From the NCBI GenBank assembly GCA_030295235.1, contig AP026164.1:806001-870000 (forward strand): a stretch of DNA of 64,000 bases, read 5' to 3'. Position numbers and translations under genes: made by a program. Position 1 is the stretch's first letter, and each line of letters opens with the position of its first letter. This DNA comes from Fistulifera solaris. Its lineage: Eukaryota. Below the pieces are notes generated by a model. That model did no database searches and was not told where the DNA came from. It saw nothing but the letters and a program-made list of their open reading frames with translations. Of this stretch, positions 58,880-64,000 are shown piece after piece.

Positions 58880-59563
58880 ATGTTTCGGCATTACTTCTAT
58901 CGTTCAATTGTGGCGTTGATGACCACCACCGCAATGATACTACGAAGTGTCTCTTCGTTTGGCGCGTCTGCTCCTCGCTACAACTATTTTGCGATTGGCT
59001 CGAATATGCTGCCGGAAACGATGGAAGCGCTTCGGCAAATTGATCTGAGTTATAGCAACAGTACAGCCGCCGTGTTGACTGATTATCGACTTGCCTTCGA
59101 CATATCAATGGGTCAGTCGGCCGCTGCATCTGTACGGTATGAGCCCGGAAGTGTTGTTCACGGAGTTTTGCATTCACTGACTTCGGATCAGTTTGCTTCA
59201 CTCAGTCTATCCGAGGGAGTGCCTTTGGCTTATCTATGGGAAAGGTGTTCGGTGGTTCCTTACGAAGGTGACAATGACAGAGCGGGTGAACTAGCTTTGG
59301 CGCGAAATGACGTAGAACTCATTCCGGCATTCGTTTTAACGAGTCGATGGGGACGAGAGTCGGTCTACAAAGAAAGTCGTATCCACAAAGATCGACCTAC
59401 TGGACGAGCCTATCTCAACATTCTGCAACGAGGAGCTGCGTATTGGAAACTGGATCGATCCTATCAAATTAGTTTAACAAAAGTACGGACAACTGCTAGT
59501 TTCGATGGATCCGAGCTACTATTGAAGCAGGCGCAATTTTTCAACAAGTTCAAAGGAACGTAA
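58880..59563 (+). CDS. Gamma-glutamylcyclotransferase-like protein
   Basis: YFAIGSNM, LTDYRLAF, VHGVLHSL...LSLSEG, P..AYLNILQRGA. Confidence 0.8.
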   Translation: MFRHYFYRSIVALMTTTAMILRSVSSFGASAPRYNYFAIGSNMLPETMEALRQIDLSYSNSTAAVLTDYRLAFDISMGQSAAASVRYEPGSVVHGVLHSLTSDQFASLSLSEGVPLAYLWERCSVVPYEGDNDRAGELALARNDVELIPAFVLTSRWGRESVYKESRIHKDRPTGRAYLNILQRGAAYWKLDRSYQISLTKVRTTASFDGSELLLKQAQFFNKFKGT

Positions 59564-59631
59564 ACTGAAGTTCAAAGGAAAGGAACGTAAACTGAATATG
59601 ACGTGGTTGCTACTAAAGAATGCTTGATCGA

Positions 59632-60336
59632 TTACCACCACCACCACCAAGCTGATTGAATTGTTTTGCGGAACTCGGGTTGTTTGGAACGTCTGTTGAC
59701 CCAGCCGCCTAGTTTCGGGCAATTTAATCCGGTGGCGAGTCCAAATTCTTGATCCAAGCGCCATAAAAAAGGAAAAGCATGACAGTCAGCGATAGTGACA
59801 GCATTTCCAACCAAATAGTCGGTATCCTGACTCGAAAGTTTGCTTTCCATCTTCTCTTGTAGCATTTTTGCCAGCACAGAAGTGTTTCCGCTTCCCAAAA
59901 CAGCTTTCTTGCCGGTAGGCAGCATTTCGTTGATTCGTTTTCTCCATTCGTCGACAGCTTTCCGTTGACTTTCTGTCACTTGAAGCACGTTACTGTCGCA
60001 TATTACGTCTCCCGCTCCGATGGCTTGTAAAATCAAATCCGAATTCGGCCAAACTTTTGTATCGGAAGCCACCTCTTGTACTAGTACGGGGACAGTCCCA
60101 GCCGCATTGAGTTTCCAAAACCAATCCGGCTTTCCTCCCGCACCATACAAGGATATTTCTTCCATTTTGTACGTAATTTGGGAGCATTCCAAGGCCAGCC
60201 AAGCCTTTTGGGCGAACGGGCACATTTTGTTGGTAATAAGACGAACTGGGCTTGATTCCGGCATGTGTAGACCACAAGCGAAAGACAACAAAAGGGACAA
60301 GAAAGTAATGAAGCAGGAGATTTTAAACGTGATCAT
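59632..60336 (-). CDS. Cys-type glutathione S-transferase (omega/lambda/DHAR-like) with signal peptide
   Basis: CPFAQKAWLAL, KPDWF...GTVPVL, YLVG...TIADCHAFPFLWRL, PKLGGW. Confidence 0.88.
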   Translation of the reverse strand: MITFKISCFITFLSLLLSFACGLHMPESSPVRLITNKMCPFAQKAWLALECSQITYKMEEISLYGAGGKPDWFWKLNAAGTVPVLVQEVASDTKVWPNSDLILQAIGAGDVICDSNVLQVTESQRKAVDEWRKRINEMLPTGKKAVLGSGNTSVLAKMLQEKMESKLSSQDTDYLVGNAVTIADCHAFPFLWRLDQEFGLATGLNCPKLGGWVNRRSKQPEFRKTIQSAWWWWW

Positions 60337-60679
60337 AATATTATTCGTTTGTGGGGAACTCCATTGGCATGACTTTCGACATGGTCGTTTTCATCTGTTG
60401 TGTTTGTTTTTTTCGTCAATTTTTTTCGAAAGTCGAGTACCGGTGCGGGTCGAGAGAAAGTGGATAAATGGCGTGTACAGTGTACCGGTACACTATCGTT
60501 CAGTCTTTTGTACGGAGTATTTCGTAGTGCGTCGCGCCGTCGCATCAACATGACGCCGCAACGCAACGAGCTGCGTTCATGCCCATTTCCATGCTATAAC
60601 TAACGCAAATAGTCAGAACAAACTCTAGAAAGGTAAACTGTAACGCGGTGTAGTAAAAAATATAGCAGAGGTTCTTAGC

Positions 60680-61140
60680 ATGGCAAGTTTGCAGTTGGCG
60701 CTCAAAGCGCGAAGTCTCACTCTCCAGAACAAACCGGCTCGTTTGTACCGGAGCATCATCAGGTACGATTGTCAAATGGGAGCCTGCTTTAAGTTGCAAT
60801 TCCGCTTTCTTTCCTTTGTTATATACACTCACGATTGAAAATTTACAGGGAAGTCCCCCGTGTCATGACAATTTATGATATTGTGCACGTCGGAGAAAAG
60901 GAAGTCAAGCAAGCTATACGTCAGCACTTTTACCGAAACGCCCATGTCAAAGATGAGCGCATTATTGACATGCTGCTTGAGCGAGGATACATGGATCTAG
61001 AGGATACATTGCTACAGCACAAGCAGAAGAACCATCTTATGCTCCTCATTGAAGGTTACACCGGCGGAACCGATTTCAATTCCAAACGTCTCACCCCCGA
61101 CTCTTCGGAAGCAGAGCAATTTGCCCGTTGGATTGGGTAA
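60680..61140 (+). CDS. NDUFA6: Complex I accessory subunit B14/NDUFA6 (LYR family)
   Basis: ATG at 60680, RLYRSIIR, intron 60763-60848, EVPRVMTIYD...FYRNAHVKDERIIDMLL..G..DLE......KQKNHLM. Confidence 0.85.
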
Positions 61141-61337
61141 AATATCGCTCGATTGCATATGCTTTAACGAAGTTACAATTCTTACTTAATTCAGAAAATC
61201 GAATTGATTTCAATTTCCCTTAACTACGAAGGATTCAAGAACCCCTTTTAGAATGCGTTATGTTGTATAAACCTTAATAAAATGATAATAACATTCGTAG
61301 AGTTCAACATTTCAATAACGATATTGATTTCTTACAA

Positions 61338-63448
61338 TTAGTGTTTGTTTCCGTCTTGCGCGTTCAATAAACCAGACAAATCCCCGAGCTTTCTCTTATT
61401 TCCGGCGGCTGCCACCAAGCCATTCGAACTGGAGTCCAGCAGTAGACAGATTTCCTAATGAGCGCGATGCAAGTGCATTTGCAAGTGCAGGGTTGCTTTG
61501 CATCAGCTGCTGGTGAGCCAGCAATCGAGCCGCGCTATCTTGACCGTGTTGTTGCTGCATGAGAGGAATATCGAGTAGCGAAGGATCTTGGTGGGGAATG
61601 TCCCCAGCGGCCATCAAGCTCAAGAAATCATCAACGGATGAGTTCCGTTGAGAATTTAACCCGTCTTGTACTCTCAAAGCCGTTAATCCTGTAGATGAGT
61701 CCTGACGGAGTAAGTTCGCCAGACTGGCCGCGCTCTGTGCATTGCTTGCCCATAGATTACCTGAACTTGCGTTGCCGCCGCCATTACCGAGGCCCGCACC
61801 CAATTGGTTCAAATTCCCCATACTTTGCAAGAGAGAACTCAAATTGGAGTTGCTATTCCCTGACGCGTTGTTGTGGCCCATATTGCTATTGGAGAAATTT
61901 CGCAGGAATGATTCCATACGCCCCGCTGAGCCGAGATGCCTGTCGGCCATTAAATCGCCCGACGAACCCATAGTTCGTGAGGCCACAAACTCGGCATTAC
62001 GAAGGCCCGATTCCGGTACATGATTCATTCCCCCATTCTGAATGAGATTCGCTAAGTTGTCAATCGACTGTAACGACTGAAAATCGAGTGACATCAGCGC
62101 GTCAAAGCTATTTTGCCTCTGACCTTGAAGCATGCTTGACAAAGAACCAGACGAGAGGCCGCCTCGATCACGGGCGAGCTGTGATAGCTGATCTCGTGAA
62201 AGCCCGGTCTTCAACATGAGATCGCTAACGGATGGGTTGCTGGAAAGACGAGCGGCTGTTGATCGATGAACACAAAATGAGAATCCATATTTCTCAAAAA
62301 CGAAGATCATTCGCGATTTGGCCCCCTTACCTGAAGCACTGTGAGCAAGCTGTGCCATTGACAACCCGCTTCCACCTCCTGCGGAAAGACCACCACTATT
62401 GCCCGATCGAACTGCAGCGGCGAGGAAGTTGCTTGCCGAGGATTGATTCTGTTGTTGTAAGCTCTGCAGCACCGATTGCTGCGAAGCTCTGCGTTGAAGC
62501 GCGGCTAGGAGATCTCTGCTGTCTTTATTTGACTGAAGCGGCTGCTTATCGTTGTTACGTTGAAAAAGGCTTCCTCCTAATAATGCACGTCCGGCGGCAG
62601 CTGCACGGCTACTGGATCCTGATAGGTTGGAGGCTGCAAGAAGAGCTCCGTTGCCGTGCTTGAATCCAAGGGGCGGTTGCAACCACGGTGGACTAGGAGG
62701 CTCGTGATGTCCCTGACGCGAAGCTCCTCCCATGTTGTTTTGATTCATTCGTTGAAGATCATGACTCCCGCCCAAGCTGTTTCCTCCGCCGCCAACTGTC
62801 ATGGGCACATTCGAATTGTTCGGACCCCCCGTGCCCGCTCCTGCACCTACCCCAGAAGATTTGACCCGATTCGTCTGAGCCACACGCTCCAGAAAACGGC
62901 GTTCCAATCTTTAAAAGTGAACAAAAGGAATGCAATGAGGAACTACAGAACAGGCGAACGAATCAAACCACTCTAGCAACCAGGGACTTACTCGGACAAC
63001 TCGGCGCGTGATTTCTGTATTTGTTCCGGTGTTAATCGATTCAAATCAGCCGTGCGTCTACGAAACACCTGCTTTCCGATGCAATTGCCTCCAACAAACT
63101 TCTTGGATATTCTCATAGGGTCACAATTGAGCAATTTACTAAGAAAGGTACGCAAGGTAGTACCATCGGTTAAAGGCAGCAATCCTGCTTTGAATTCCTG
63201 AATCAGACGATTGGCATAAGCTTCCTCTTCGGGGGTCCATTTTCCGCGACGAAGAGGAGGTCCCTTCTTTTCCCGCCGTTACCAACGCCGCTGTTGTTGT
63301 GTTGTTGCTGGGCTTGCTGTATCTGCTGCTGTTGCATTTGCAGTGCTCGGGCCATGACTTGTTGTTGCTGAGCTCGGTCATTGCTAGCGGCGATTAGACC
63401 ATCCGCTTGGGCAGCACTCTGTGCTGCCTGAAGGATGAGAGAGGACAT
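61338..63448 (-). CDS. Putative transcription regulator with RRGKWTPEEEAY...CDPMRISKK domain and Q/N/S-rich low-complexity tail
   Basis: After a frameshift near 63268: LRRGKWTPEEEAYANRLIQEFKAGLLPLTDGTTLRTFLSKLLNCDPMRISKKF; introns ~62909-62991 and ~62261-62330; 3' shift near 61433. An upstream exon is possible. Confidence 0.78.
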
Positions 63449-64000
63449 GCTGCACCAACATGGTAGAAGGGGAGGTTAGGTATTCTTTGAATTGCGGCGC
63501 AGGAGGAGATCACACACACGTTGCTGCAGTCTTTCATTTTGTTTGTTGCAGCCCTATGATTTGTTTCTCGAAGAGCGAAGAGCGAATAATATAAACAAGG
63601 ACTTACCCTCCATCGTTGAACGAGTCGGACATGATGTTGAACTAACAAGCAAGACTTCTTGCTTTCTTCAATCAAGTAACTTGAGCTTCAAGGTGTTTGT
63701 GTAAAACAATCAGCCTGTTTATGTTGAACGTTGAACCTGCACCGACAGCAGTGGTCGCTGGACGCTGGACGGTGAGAGCGGTGAGCGGCGATCCGCTGTA
63801 TTCTCCGCCGCTCTTATGGAGCCGCTCGGAGTGGAATAAAAGGCATGACGCCACGTTGTCTACCAGTTTGACGTGGTCTCACGGGTTCACCCAACGCACG
63901 TGAACTACAATCTAAACTATACCTGGTACCTGGTGCTCTAAAATCCTGACATCTGCTTCAATTTGAACAGCCACAAAAATGACATGTTTCTGGTTTATGG

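Noticed and set aside
21624..59600. Short simple repeats: (CAA)n at ~21624, 18-bp tandem at 44147-44182, (GTC)n and (TCATGAG)3 at ~52213-52261, duplication at ~59549-59597
   Set aside because: These look like ordinary slippage products with no further structure.
170..63903. Numerous antisense or overlapping ORFs of 60-200 aa in the ORF track
   Set aside because: They are shadow frames of the real genes and lack domain motifs.

Overview
Gene-dense eukaryotic nuclear DNA with short (about 60-120 nt) spliceosomal introns and bipartite signal/transit peptides; gene content and style point to a diatom (inference). About 30 protein genes and one tRNA-Gln(CTG) gene are supported. They include CK2 beta, prefoldin 5, NHX, mitochondrial EF-G, CAF-1B, glucosidase II alpha, Sua5, two pseudouridine synthases, TatD, a P450, a CAS1-type O-acetyltransferase, RRP4, FAB1/PIKfyve and NDUFA6. 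Many genes carry single-base frameshifts, mostly in homopolymers, which most likely reflects an unpolished assembly rather than pseudogenes. The most unusual segment is about 46.0-50.76 kb, between the CAS1 gene and the tRNA. It reconstructs to one ~880-aa gene with two C2H2/BED-like zinc fingers, two HNH endonuclease modules joined by a spliceosomal intron, and an AP2-like domain. That gene is flanked by decayed duplicated coding fragments on one side and by GC-rich hairpins next to the tRNA 3' end on the other. Other items of note: a triplet of atypical FYVE-ankyrin-like-RING paralogues, a head-to-head pair of Tudor-like paralogues, a PTPLA-Rossmann fusion, a dispersed hairpin-core minisatellite family, and a TCATGACTG hairpin/MITE-like family. 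All family assignments come from motif recognition by eye; no searches were run.
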